Source of the DNA: Klebsormidium nitens | Taxonomy: Eukaryota; Plantae; Klebsormidiophyceae | NCBI GenBank assembly: GCA_000708835.1 | Contig: DF237167.1 | Location: 1-64,000 of the forward strand | Length of the DNA stretch: 64,000 bases | Reading direction: 5' to 3' | Part shown: in pieces, positions 1 through 12,000 of the stretch | Position numbering within the stretch: position 1 is the first letter of the stretch | Layout of the letters: each line of letters starts with the position of its first letter | Notes under the pieces: model-generated | Databases searched by the model: none | What the model was told of the DNA's origin: nothing | What the model saw: the letters and a program-made list of their open reading frames with translations, nothing else | Position numbers and translations under genes: made by a program

Positions 1-2833
1 CCGACCACCCCCGCGCCAACAACGCCCGCTCCCACTACTCCCGCCCCTGCTGCCTTTGCCAACCCTGTAGACGGCACATGTGTGTCGTTGCCAGGCACTC
101 CCAATCAATGCTTCAATGCCGCAGGCTCTCAATCCATCTGCTGCTCTGGCACGGTGAGTCATTTGGTCATTCCGTTGTGTTTTTATTCGTTTTCCCAACC
201 GCCGCTTATCTTACATGCAACTAGCTAATGACTCGCTGGCCTAGTGGACTGGCTCGAGCACGGAAGGTGCGCTCTGCTTCGGTTTGGTGAAGGTTCTACA
301 AAAAAGGAAAGGACATGACTGTGCGCAGCAGTCCCTTTAAGAAACCTAGTGGACCCTAATAACAGTCACGACATTCGTTCTTGGCTGCTTTTGTTCAGTC
401 CCCGGTGTTCGTACTCGAGAGCATTGATTCTGCTCAATTAACCGGCCTCCAACTCTGTTGAGGTTGCGCTCGTCGCTCGAGTCTGTCGATTGTTGAAAAG
501 ATTCAGGAAGCGTCGATATCAAACACTGCATTTTCAAAACCCCATGCGCCAACCCGATGGCCTCACCGGAAGTGTGCATCAGATGAGTTGAGCTTCCTTG
601 GAAGCGAGATACAGTTCAAAAGTGAATCTCTCTTCCAGAAAGTGCTTAAATTAGACAATGGAGAAGTATTTCCGTGCCCGATCAAGCAATAAACGGTGCA
701 TTCTGCGGGGCCTGAAGAGATGCACACGCAGGCGTGCTGTAAGTGGACATATTGTTAAATGAGCAAGAGTAGAAACCATGATATAATACTCGTCTTCTGC
801 AGTGCCCTCTCGTTCCTCCGGCCGACGTCCCGACGTGCGCCGGGTTTACTCCTGCGCCAACTACCCCTGCACCGGCCACTCCCTTTCCCACCACTCCTAC
901 TCCGACCCCGACAGTCCCGCCGACAATCTTCCCGGTCGGAGGGATATGCGATCCCTCCTCGTCCCTCCCGAATCAGGTTTGCAATCGGTCTTACGCACAG
1001 CTTTTAAGCGATTGAACGTCGGTGGCGCTCAAGTTCAAACCTGGAATCCAGACTGCCAGTCAAAACGCGGACTCGAGCCTGCTGGCATTCAAGGTAAAGC
1101 TTTGAAAAGTAGCGGGTCGAGGAACGCGCTCCGTTAAGCCACTTACTCATATCTCGGGCTTAGATTTTTTGGATTATTGATGCCGGAAGACGGGTTCTTA
1201 TCTCTTCTTGAAACCCAGGTATAGAAAACGTGGCTTTTGATGTCCTCTCTTTATGGCTGTGCACTCTTCCTTCCCTTCTGTGGATTCTTCGCAAGGGAGA
1301 ACGAGAAAGTGTATTAAGGCTGACCAACTAAATCGTCCAGTTTCGCACCACTAGTCTGGCAGCTTTGACCCTTGGAAGACGTGCTGCGGTGAAACATGAT
1401 GCTTGAATGTTGACGTACGGTCTCGTGAGGAGGAGCTTGCTTCCAATACGTACGTTGGCGCCCGTACTGTCGGACGTTTGCAGATTTGCAGTCTGGCAGT
1501 CTGCGGCTTTTTACGCAGAGCTGCGTCCATAGATGGTAAAGCAAGCGTGTGTGCGAAAATTATAATTTTGATGGAGTCTAGAGGGGGGCCACGAGACCCT
1601 GTAGAGATTTTGGAAGACGGGGCGAGAAGGAAGGGAACGCCTTCGGCGGGCATCTTTCTTTTGGTCGCTTCTTCTATTCAGCATCCTTGACGTGTCCGCG
1701 ACGCAGATCTCCAGTGGAAACACCGCCTTCAACATTTTTTCGACGATTCAGAGCGGCTTCTACTATCAGCCGTTAACTAAACGCATGTCATCTTGACGAC
1801 CGCTTTTGTAGGACGTACATGAGATTGCACTCGAGAGAATCTTTGTTGCTAACCTGGCTTTTACCAGACCTGCTTCCCAATTTATTGGACGGATACCCAG
1901 GTCGTCGCCACGGTAAACTTGGTTCCAGGCTAATTACCGCCCAAGTCTATATGACTTTTCCGGCCCCTAAGACTGATGCCCTTTCTTGACCGGCCGGTTG
2001 TATAGTGTTTCAATACGAACGGCAGCCTGTACACGTGTTGCCCTGAAGGCGTCGGATGCCCCACTCCCCCTCTGCCGACCCCCGCTTGCGCAACTGCTGA
2101 CGTTCCCACCAGCGCACCTACTTCTAGCCCGGGGGAACCGACCAGCACACCCGGGCCGACCCCCCTCCCGACAACTTGCAGCCCTGTGTCCTCCCTTCCA
2201 AATCAGGCGAGTCTCTGCACCGAAGTAACTCGAGCTGCGTGCGGTGCTGCGGTGGATTTGTCGCGTACATAGTCAGTCCGCAAGTGCGCTCAGGCTAGTA
2301 TGTTCTCCAAATCCCTGGAAGAAACGGAGGTGCATGTTGGACCTTGTGGCTTGTCTGCATACTGACATGCAAATACTAGGCGCGCCTTGCATCAATCACA
2401 TTTTCAGCCGCGCTGACCCAGAAATCGGACACCGGCAGACCTTTTCCGCAATCTGAGTGGGATATTTCTCAGCGCTGCGGACGTCACTATTGCTCGAGCG
2501 TGCCAGTGGTGTTCCAGCGTGTGTGTACAGTCTATTGACCTCTCTCCTCCTGTGAAATTCGTGTAATCAGTGCACTTTGCTGGATTTTCCACTTGCGTTC
2601 TGGTTTTCAAGGCCGAGAATCAGACAAAACCAGGCCCGGCTACTTAACCAGGATAGCCATAGAATCATGCGCAATAATGAAGAACCTCTCGCGGCTGTAC
2701 GAGGCTTGAGCCGGGTACGTCTTTACAGAAGCAACGTTTCTGTGTGCAGTGCTTCAATGCAGACGGCTCCGCGTTCATCTGTTGCCCCGGGCTGTGCCCG
2801 GACGTACCGGGCAGCACACCATTTTGCGCATAA
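1..2833 (+). CDS. Pro/Thr-rich protein with three 6-Cys repeats, probably secreted (5'-partial); exons <1..153, 803..976, 2006..2206, 2750..2833
   Basis: Exons join in phase 0: PTTPAPTTPAP..GTCVSLPGTPNQCFNAAGSQSICCSGT|CPLVPPADVPTCA..GICDPSSSLPNQ|CFNTNGSLYTCCPEGVGCPTPPLPTPACA..TTCSPVSSLPNQ|CFNADGSAFICCPGLCPDVPGSTPFCA*. Donors are GTGAGT (154), GTTTGC (977) and GCGAGT (2207); acceptors are CAG/TAG; stop TAA at 2831-2833. Secretion is inferred from composition only, since the N-terminus is outside the window. Confidence 0.8.
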
Positions 2834-5800
2834 AGGTACGACCGTCCGCCCTTTGGCCCTCGCCGTCCGCGGTAGATTTGTTGCATGAGTTTCCTTTATG
2901 TGCATTCTTAAAACTCGTGAACTGTTTATAAGCTGAGCCCGCGTAATGTAAGATTAAGTAAGCGTCACGCCAAGACGATAGTCCGATGCCAAAGGCCTAA
3001 CTCTTTGAACAAGTCGCCTGTGCGAGCTTGTGAGCGCATCGGTTCGTTTCTGAGCAACCATGAGCTGAGAACTCGGGGCGAAAGATAGAAGTAGTGCCCG
3101 ACAGGGCCTTCTTTCCATTCCCAACCGTCGCTCAATAGATCTGCCATATCTAATGTAGCAACGACCTTGCCATTTTGTGCAGGGAAAAACGGTAAACCCG
3201 GGTTACTTCTGACCAACCGGGCCTGCGCGTGTGTTGAGCATCTCGCGAGGTGTTTCCAGCCGACCGCAAGTATATCGGCGATACTTTAGAGCCGCGATGA
3301 TCGGCGGCTAGGTGCTCCATTGGGGTCCTTGAATAAACGCAACCAGGATGAGCTTCGTACCAAATGGATCCATTTTATCTTATATTACGAGAATCGAGTT
3401 GATAAGAGTCAGATTCTTTCGACAGAGATGTGCTCTCTTCCCTCTAGTGCGTTGACGCGGCTCAATTCAGATGAAGGGTCCTTGCCGAAAGCGGACAAGC
3501 TCCAGCGAGATTCGAGTTCGAGGCATTCCGCGGGCGCCGGGCAGTGGCTTTTGTTGGGATTCAGCTACGACAACTTTTTGAATAATTCTTTTGAGCCTGT
3601 CCCAGACAGTCGGTGCTAGGCTCATGAGGTGGTGAAGTAGTAGGCTTCATCAGACACAAGATTGTTCTGCTTCAAAGTAGCCCATAGTAAAGAAGACTGC
3701 ATAAGAACTTGGCATTTTGATTTGGATAAGCAATTGCTGAAAACTCGCGTGGGCTGCCGTCGGCATCGATGCAGATTCCGTTATTGACTGTATCATGAGG
3801 ACGACCCGGCGCCGGGCATGCCTCATAGATCCAGGGCCAGTTTTAGAAGTGTACTTATACGGTGTGACATAGCGGCTTGACAGCTGGGTGCGCGCATGAG
3901 ACCCTCATGCCACGTCCACGAAGGAGGCCTCCGAGCGTCCTCTTGGCAGTGCCAGCCGATTGTTTCTGGTATACATGCAGCTGATGTAATTCGAGCGGCA
4001 GGTCCTGCGGTTATGCAAGCCACTGCGACAGGAAGTTCTGGCCTCTTCAGCGGGCGGGTTACCACAACGACGGAGTTTCAGGTTACTGGACCAATCAACC
4101 CTGCTTTACCATTGTTCCGGGGCTGGTTATCTACCGCCCAAGTCTGGTCATTGGCATTATAACCATTCACAAACCGGCCCGTAACCAGCCCACAACTAGC
4201 CCTTTTCTAAATGCGGCGGTGGCGCTGCTTGGTGGCCGCATTCGCTGGAGCACCGGATAACCCAGCTGGCACAGTTGAACTGCAATCAACAAATATCATG
4301 TATCGCCTCCGGCATTGCATTTTCTTTCGAAGTTCGTGCCCGTGCGTGCATCAGATGTCCGTTCTTGCGCGAGCCAAGGGCGCTGCTTCCGGGGCACGCC
4401 ACGCTTGAAATGTTGCATCTATGAATTCTGCTAGCCGCCGTTTAATGACTCCGTGCATTGGAATAGGCAGCTGGTACACGCTGCAATGACTTTCAGCATA
4501 ATAACGGCGGGCCTTTGCAAAATCTGACCGTCCCGTTCATGACTTGTTCCGGCGAGGCTTCGTGCCAGTGGCCACGAATTTTTTTGAACCACCACATACG
4601 AAAAGTTCATCGCATGATTGCGAGTTTTTGAAAAGTTGCACAGCGAGCCAAAACGATCCGGATCGAAAGCGTGACGTGCTGAGTACTGAAGCAGGAAAGG
4701 ACAGCAGATGTTTCTCCGACTCGAACACGTCAGCACAGTCACACGGGGCCTCAATGTCCTCAAGTAAGGGCCACGGTCGATGTGAAGCCGGTAAGGTCCT
4801 CAATGTTGGACGTACACATGCCACGAGCAAACCGGAAACTGGATTCCAAGTTTACCACTGAGTAATCATAGGCTACGTTTCTAGAAGCGGGCCGCCGAGG
4901 TAGATGACAAGCTGACGTTCGGAGAAAAACAATACCCCCAGCAATTGACGATTCGTTCATGGCCGGGTTAAAACGGAGGCCGGCCAAATCGCTGCCAGTA
5001 GAGTCCTTAACAGGATGCGACCTGCAAGAGAATTTAAGCGACCCACCTGGGGGCCGCAAAGACGGTTCGAGCTGCCAGAATGGAGTCAAGCTGACGTGTG
5101 ATCAGCTTTTCATCCCGCAATCCTATTGAGCGAAAGCGAGATGCTTAGTCTGGAGGAGGAATACAGACGCTGAGCCTTTGGCAGCGCCGGTTGGGTGCAG
5201 GTGCAATCTCGAGATTACTGTGTACCTCGATCTGAAAATGCGCATACCCTTTGAACTGTGATCATTAAACAGGCCTTTGCGAGGCAGTTTTCTTTATTGA
5301 TCTGTTATTTATGAATGTCTTAGTAGGCCCCACTGACAGCTTGAATGAGACGCCGTCGAGAATTCGTCATTCATGAACCATGTCCCTGAAATCCACACAT
5401 CTTTGTCTGAGCGCCCAGTGGGCAGGCTCGTATCAGTTTTGAAACATAAGATAATGAGTGAAAGCCATTTCAGGACAGCACGTTTTACAAGAAGACCGTT
5501 CAGCTCTTTACTCGGAATTCCGGATCATTTCGAAGCCACGGCTGCAGCACCTTGTCATAACGATACACGGATTTCGCACCTCAGGTTTGAACTTGAAGCC
5601 GGAGCGAAGGGTGAAGATGAGAACTCTGGAAGGCGCTGGTGTTACCTTAAAAATCGCCTTGCTCGGAAACCTGCTAGGTGCATGATGCATATGAGTACGT
5701 CATAAATGCACAGGAAGTATACAGTGCTGACATGCAGACTGGTTGGGTGAAGCAAAATAAGCAAGCCCACAAATCAAATCTTCATCAAATCATGCAAAGA

Positions 5801-6189
5801 ATTCACATACACTGGCAAATAGATAGTTGAAGTGGGTCGGTCGGTGCGCATTAAACAAAGACAGTGGGTCAAGCACTTGGTGGCCGCAAGGGACACACAA
5901 GTGGATTCTTCCTTTCTCTTCCAGGAAAGAATGGTCGAAATGTTCTCCTCTCTTTCTTTCTCATCTAGCCTATCGCGGGCAGTTAGCGACCAGTCATGCT
6001 GGCAACCGACCCCGCATCTACTTTATCCTACGTAGAATCGACTTGTTTCTCTGTGGTAATGTACCGGGTACTATGTTCGGATTCTACTGGAAGACTACGA
6101 AGCTTCCGGGCACTTTCTTCTGTTTCTAGACTCTTCCGGACCAACAGCCACGTGTCGCTCCCCGATTTGGCGGCTTCCATGTTGTGACT

Positions 6190-7019
6190 TCACAACTTCA
6201 GCCACTTGGTTAATGTCGGTTTACGCTTGCCAAGGGTGTTGCCACCAATGATAGGGTCGAGTTCGCAGGGTTTACATTCGGTCGGCACCGGTCGCGCGTG
6301 CGCGCGCTCAGTGCTTTGTGCTTTGTGTAGGTAGTGGGTTTGTAAGATTAGTAAGTCTTTGAGGTAACAGCTGTTACCTTTGCCCCGGCTGACAGAAATG
6401 CGCGTCCTCGTGCATTCGAACTGTTGAGTCAGAATTGGTCGGTTGGTGGTCGTCTGATCAGTACGCGCCGTGGCGCAGAAAGTGGGTGGGTCGGTTGGGT
6501 CAAGGGTCGGGAAGAGTTCCCGAGATGGATGGGCTGCCGTTGAACGGCACGAAGTAAGTTGGTTGAGAACGAAGCGATAGACCTTGGTTGGAGAATCGAA
6601 TTCAGGTCGGTTCATTGAGTCAAGGTATTGATCGAGCGGTAGGTAACGAACTTGCTCGAAAAGCAAGCTACTTACTGTCGGTACGTTTCTTTCGCGTGTG
6701 ACAAGAACGATCTCGTTGATAGTGTCTATCCGGTGGCCATTTCGTGGCACCATCGGTGTGTATGTAGAGCGAGGCCGGGCTGTGAGTTTTGGTTGAGAGC
6801 GGGGTTAGTTTCTCTGGTCATAATCACGAATCTGTTCGAGAGGTCAAAGCGATGGATTTCAATCAGCCAGAACCGTTTTGGTTTGGGGAAGTAAGGTACG
6901 ATTAACGCCGGCGGATCTGATTGCGTAATTGTCCCTTGGCTCTTGACATAGTGTGGATGTTGTAAGATCAGTGTCGGTTTGTGTGGTTGTGTCATGTGTC
7001 TGAGGTCGGTTCCGTTCAA
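6190..7019 (-). other. Unidentified degenerate coding-like segment (two overlapping ORFs with a shared motif); possible mobile-element or viral relic
   Basis: ORFs 6726..7019 and 6190..6753 are in different frames and share a motif: HRFDLSNRFVIMTRETNP vs HRIDTINEIVLVTRERNVP. The plus strand is visibly G/T-rich. No family recognised. Confidence 0.3.
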
Positions 7020-9049
7020 GGGGCTTGGTTTGCTTAGCCTACTGGATGCTGAGAGGAGGCAAAGCAGTCAACGGCTGGTTCAGGTTCCAATTCTATACGA
7101 GCACTCAAATTGGGGAGACTAGTGCGCGAGGACTCACCTGTGTCACCAGCTACTTGAGCGGGCTCTAGAAACCGGTCTTCGATTGCGACGATCTGCCATT
7201 TGTGTGCAGAGTCTGAGGAGGGACATGGGAAACCCCTCTGCTCCTGAGCTTCTCCCGCCATCGTGGGACATTGTCTAAAGTTCGGGGAGTTCCCTCTTGG
7301 CGCCGCGGGAAAACGCTCCAGGACTGTGCTTTCAGTACCCTAGCTCTCAAGCACAGAGAGTGCTCTAGCTTGACAATTTTGTCCAAGCGGGGCCATTCGA
7401 AAGAGCGACGCCGTGGCTTCAGGAGCGGAGGAGCAGACAAGCGGCGGCATAGTTGATCAGGCGTTTACAGTAGAGACATCCTCCGGCTTGCAGCCTTTTG
7501 AGAAACCGTACGTCTGGAACTCTTGAAAGCATCCAATGGGATCTAACTACAGCATCCTCATGAATGTTGACATGCGCGCATATGGCACCGTCTCGACGAG
7601 CTCGCTAGCTTCAGGCATATAGAGCAGTCATTGTAGCCATGATAGCCAGGGTCGAGGACCGATTGCCATGCTCCATGCGGCACGTACAGTGCAGACTTTC
7701 AGTGCAATCTGCCTTTTGTTTTGTGCTCTGCCTGGCCGGCCGGCCGGCCATGCATGCTGCTAACTTTCTATAAATCAAATCTGATTGGTTTGGATCGCAT
7801 GCAATCGATCGACTTATAAAGCGATTTGTTCAACGTTGTCATACCGCAAGCCTGCTTCACCTTCCCCTTGAATAAGATGCCAGTGATTTATGAAAGATTT
7901 TGAGAGTGGCCCATGCTAGACGGCTGGCCAAGTAGAATTTTGCCGGCGAAATGTGTGCATACGTGCATTTCAAGTAGCTAGCTACTGAGCGGAACCTTTC
8001 AACAGTAAGCGCTGCTTAGTCGCGCGGTCACACCGATTGAATTGAACCTATATAGCGCGGGCGGCCGGACCAGGGCGTCGAGCCTTTCTCATGCGTATCT
8101 TACACAGCCTATGTTCCGATGGCAATGCATATGCGCAGATCTAATGGACATAAGTTTCCAGTCGACACGACCGTCAGTGCCTTTGACCGCTGCACGCATG
8201 CGTATACCCCGCCGCGCAGCATATGTCTTTTGTACGTCCGACTTGGAATGATCATATATTGACACTTATGCCACCGGCCGACCCAAGACCCCACCCCAAG
8301 AAGCTTATATGCGTGTTAGCGTTCAGCGCGGCCGATGCATGAATCAAGCTAGCTAGTCACATTGAATCACGTGAAGAACCCCGATCTTATGCTCCTTGCA
8401 TGCAGGGAATTGGATTCGGCGGGAATCTGCAAGCACTCAAAATGATGATATACTCTGGTCAAAGGCCGGCTAGCGATCGGATGTACTAACTGAGTTGCCG
8501 TTATGTTTTCTGGCATGCAACGTGCATTGATCGAGGTCAACGTATATCATGTGTCAATTGTACTGTATCATTGCCTGGAATGTCGATCACGCACTGCACA
8601 ATACGTTCTTCGAATGTAAGTGAGTCTCCATTCATTGAATGAGCTAAAGTTTACGCGTCCACTTCGAGTCAGTACTGTTGTCCCCAAGCTGCTCTGACAT
8701 CATTCTCATAAGATTCAAGTTTGAACAGTGGCATGGCACAGCTTGTGGTCGGGACTTTCGTCGGATGTTCAGATTCCCATGAAAACTTTCAAGCCTGTTT
8801 GCGCTCCAGATTCATCTGATGACAGTTCACAAAAGAGCAACGATCCACTTCTTTGAACCTTCTGATCTTCTGTCTACAAGGACTCTGGCCGAAACAAATG
8901 AGTGGGTGGGGCCATCAACATGCCCAGCGAAGCAGACCACCTGCTCGGATTGATGTGGCTTGTTCACCATGTAAACCCAATCGTTGACGTAAGATCAGGA
9001 CGCTGACCCTGACCTTCCATACAGCTATCTTTAGTATGTGTAGCCAACC

Positions 9050-12000
9050 CTAATCAAAAGCGCTCCAAGCATCTGTCTTAACAAAGGCGCTGGTCGGTGG
9101 CGGGTTGGTGCTAGCCCGGACGTTGAACGGGTCACCATCATCAAAGCTGCTGCCAAAAGGTTTCTCAGTCTGCGGGGAGAAGCGACCGGAGCCAGCCTCG
9201 GAGAAGGTGTCGTCACCGGCGGGCAGAATGTTGCCGAGCCCCGCTGGCTTGAAAGGCTTGGCTGCGGGGCTGGGGCTCTGATCCTCGGCCCATTTGCTGC
9301 GAAGGAGACACCGAAAACCTGTCAGTGACTTCGTGTTGATGGTGAGGGGCGGAGGTTTCATTGTCAGTCCGACAGAACGGCTCAAAGTAGAGCATGGGGG
9401 CGTGTCAATAGCGTTCTGCGTCAAACGATGAAGGCTGAGGCTCCGTCATTGGTCCAGCAAGACCACTGCCTCTTACATGTGGTCAACGGAAAGTGCAGAC
9501 TTGATGACCAATCAAGCAGGAGCAGTCCCACAAAGGACTAAAGCAGAAGCAAATGACAGAAGAGGAAAGAGCACATGGGCATCAGAAGATGCTGAACCTG
9601 GCTACTGAGATATTCTCTGCTTATGCTGGTGCTTGACTGCGAGGACAGGAACTTTGGGAAAGACGTATCCTGGTATTTATGTCCAAAGTCGAGCAGACTC
9701 TTGAGTGGTGACGCAGCAGAGCGCACGCAGTAACCAGCATTGGAGTGCATGATTGGAGTCCAAGATCGTTCGTTGGCTTCACGGCCTGTTGTTTCACAGC
9801 GCTAACTAGGCGAGTCGACCTCGCAGAGGTGTGATTGAGGGGATGCTTCACTGGTTGGAGAACCAGAACAAGAAGCGCAGAGATGATTAACGAAACGTGG
9901 ACAAGCACTCCTGTACGAGAAACGACCCAAAGCAAGGGTGAGCACATAACGTTTCCAATCCACATGAGTTCCTCATGTCTGACGTCATCGCCCTATTTCT
10001 ACCAGGGGACCAGCTAACCGGATCCACCAGATAACGCCACCGGCAATCACGAAACAGCCCTTGACGTCCAGAGCCCTCACCTCGCGTTGTAGTGCCCAAA
10101 CGCGTCGCTCCTCTCCTCCAGGGGGGGCGCCAGCCGGCTCAGATTACCCCCCACCTTCTGCGACGCACGCACGTTGCCTGCGCCCGCAGAATCGAACGAC
10201 GCTGCGACGCTGTTCATTCCCCAGCTGGCACGGACGTTACTGTTGACTGCGTCCGAAGAGCCGTCCGAGTCACCGAACCCGCCGCCGGGGCGGCGCCACT
10301 CGGAGCCGGTGTCGAAGCTGGAGGACGGGGAGGACTGGCCGGAGGTGTCGGCCTTATCGTGGGAGTCGGACACGCCCGCATACCTGCAAGAAAATAACGG
10401 GGTTTGGATCAAACCACAACGAGACGACCTTTTTTGGACGTCAATGTAGCTTCTCGTAGAAATTGGGAGAGAGGAGACCGCCCGGAGGTGCTTAACAAGC
10501 TCTTGAAAAAGACTCAAGGGGAGGACTGGCCGAAGGCGTCCGCCATATTGTGAGAGTCGGCACGCCAGCATTCCTGTGGGAGAAACTTGGAGACGAAGGG
10601 GTAAGAGAAGGCTTTTAACCAACACAACGACGACTTTTTGGATTACTTGCAGCATGTTGATAAGCTCTGATAAAACAAAAGTCAAGAGGGGGAGGACTAG
10701 CCGGAGGTGGCGGCCTTGTCTTGAGATCAGACGTGCCTACATAGGAAAAGGAAGGGGTAAGGACAATATACTACACGCACTGAATCGAGTGTCTGCAGAT
10801 ACCTCCTGAATACAGTTGGTAACCTGGAAGGACAAGGACTAGCGGAAAGTGTCGGCCCTGTCCTAGCTAACGGTTCCACTCACATATTTGGGGATTATTT
10901 TAGCGTTTCGGGCTAAGCTTACTCTGGATTTCCATTTATACGAACAATTTAACGGCAAGAGCAAAGGGGTGGGAGTACAAAGAGGCGAAGAAGGCCTGGC
11001 CCGAAGGGTCTACCTTGTTCTCGAACACACCGACGTCTAAAACGAAGTAGGGCTTCAATGTACATGTTTTCGAGCTTAGGGTTTCCAGTCTACAATCTAA
11101 GCTGGTTTTAGCCATTAGTATTTGCTTGTAGACCTGTCGCTGGCGTAGTCCGCAAATGGAACTTCGAAACCTGTGGAAACGACATCGTCGAGGAGGATGC
11201 CCTACCAGGCTCGCGCATCGTTTGTGGCAGGTGTCAGGTTTCCTCTTGCTCTACTGAACCAATGAAAAAGCTCGGTTTTACCGCTCAGCGCGACAGGTAG
11301 ACGCCTCATAGGCATTCAAACAACGGCGTCAAGAACCCAACCATACTTTTGAAAGGTTATAAACAATGGGAACCCTAGCACCTGCTCGGCGATATTCTGC
11401 TTAACAAGGAAAGCGGTCTTCCTGTTTTGCGTTTCTTAGAAAGGGGAGTTCGTGACTGTCCAGACCGCTCACCTCTGAGCCGCCTTCTTGGCAGAGGACG
11501 TCGGCGGCGGGCTGATCCCCATAATGGGGGGCTTGAACGCCCCCTGAGTCGGCCCCCCCTTAGGAGATTGCGCCGAGTGGCTGGCGGCGGGAGAGGATGG
11601 TACGGCGCTCAGGCCGCCGGGGGACTGGGGAGTACTGCCGGTCCCAAAATCGGCCTGATTAAGGAACCGCAAAGGTATCAGCGTCACAGCAAAAAGACGA
11701 AAATTTGATGTATATGATACCAATGCAGGACGGACGTGACCTGGCGCGCAAATAACGACCCAAGACCATGACATAATAGCTGTCTTGCTTGGCGCGCTGG
11801 AAGGGGACTGCCGCTGAACGCTTTGCAATCGCACGGCGACGGGACAGAAGGACAGCTGAAGTAAGTAACCTGATACCGGAAATGCGCTCTCTGTTAGAAG
11901 CGAGGCTCGCTTCAAGAGCGGAGTGCCGGGAGATGTTCCACATCAGAAAACCCCGCTCGATAAGATTAGAAATTGTTTCAACACAGAACTTACAAATAGC

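Noticed and set aside
346-8950. Numerous 60-125 aa six-frame ORFs outside the exons called
   Set aside because: Intronic, intergenic or antisense shadows of real exons; no recognisable motifs, and many use non-ATG starts.
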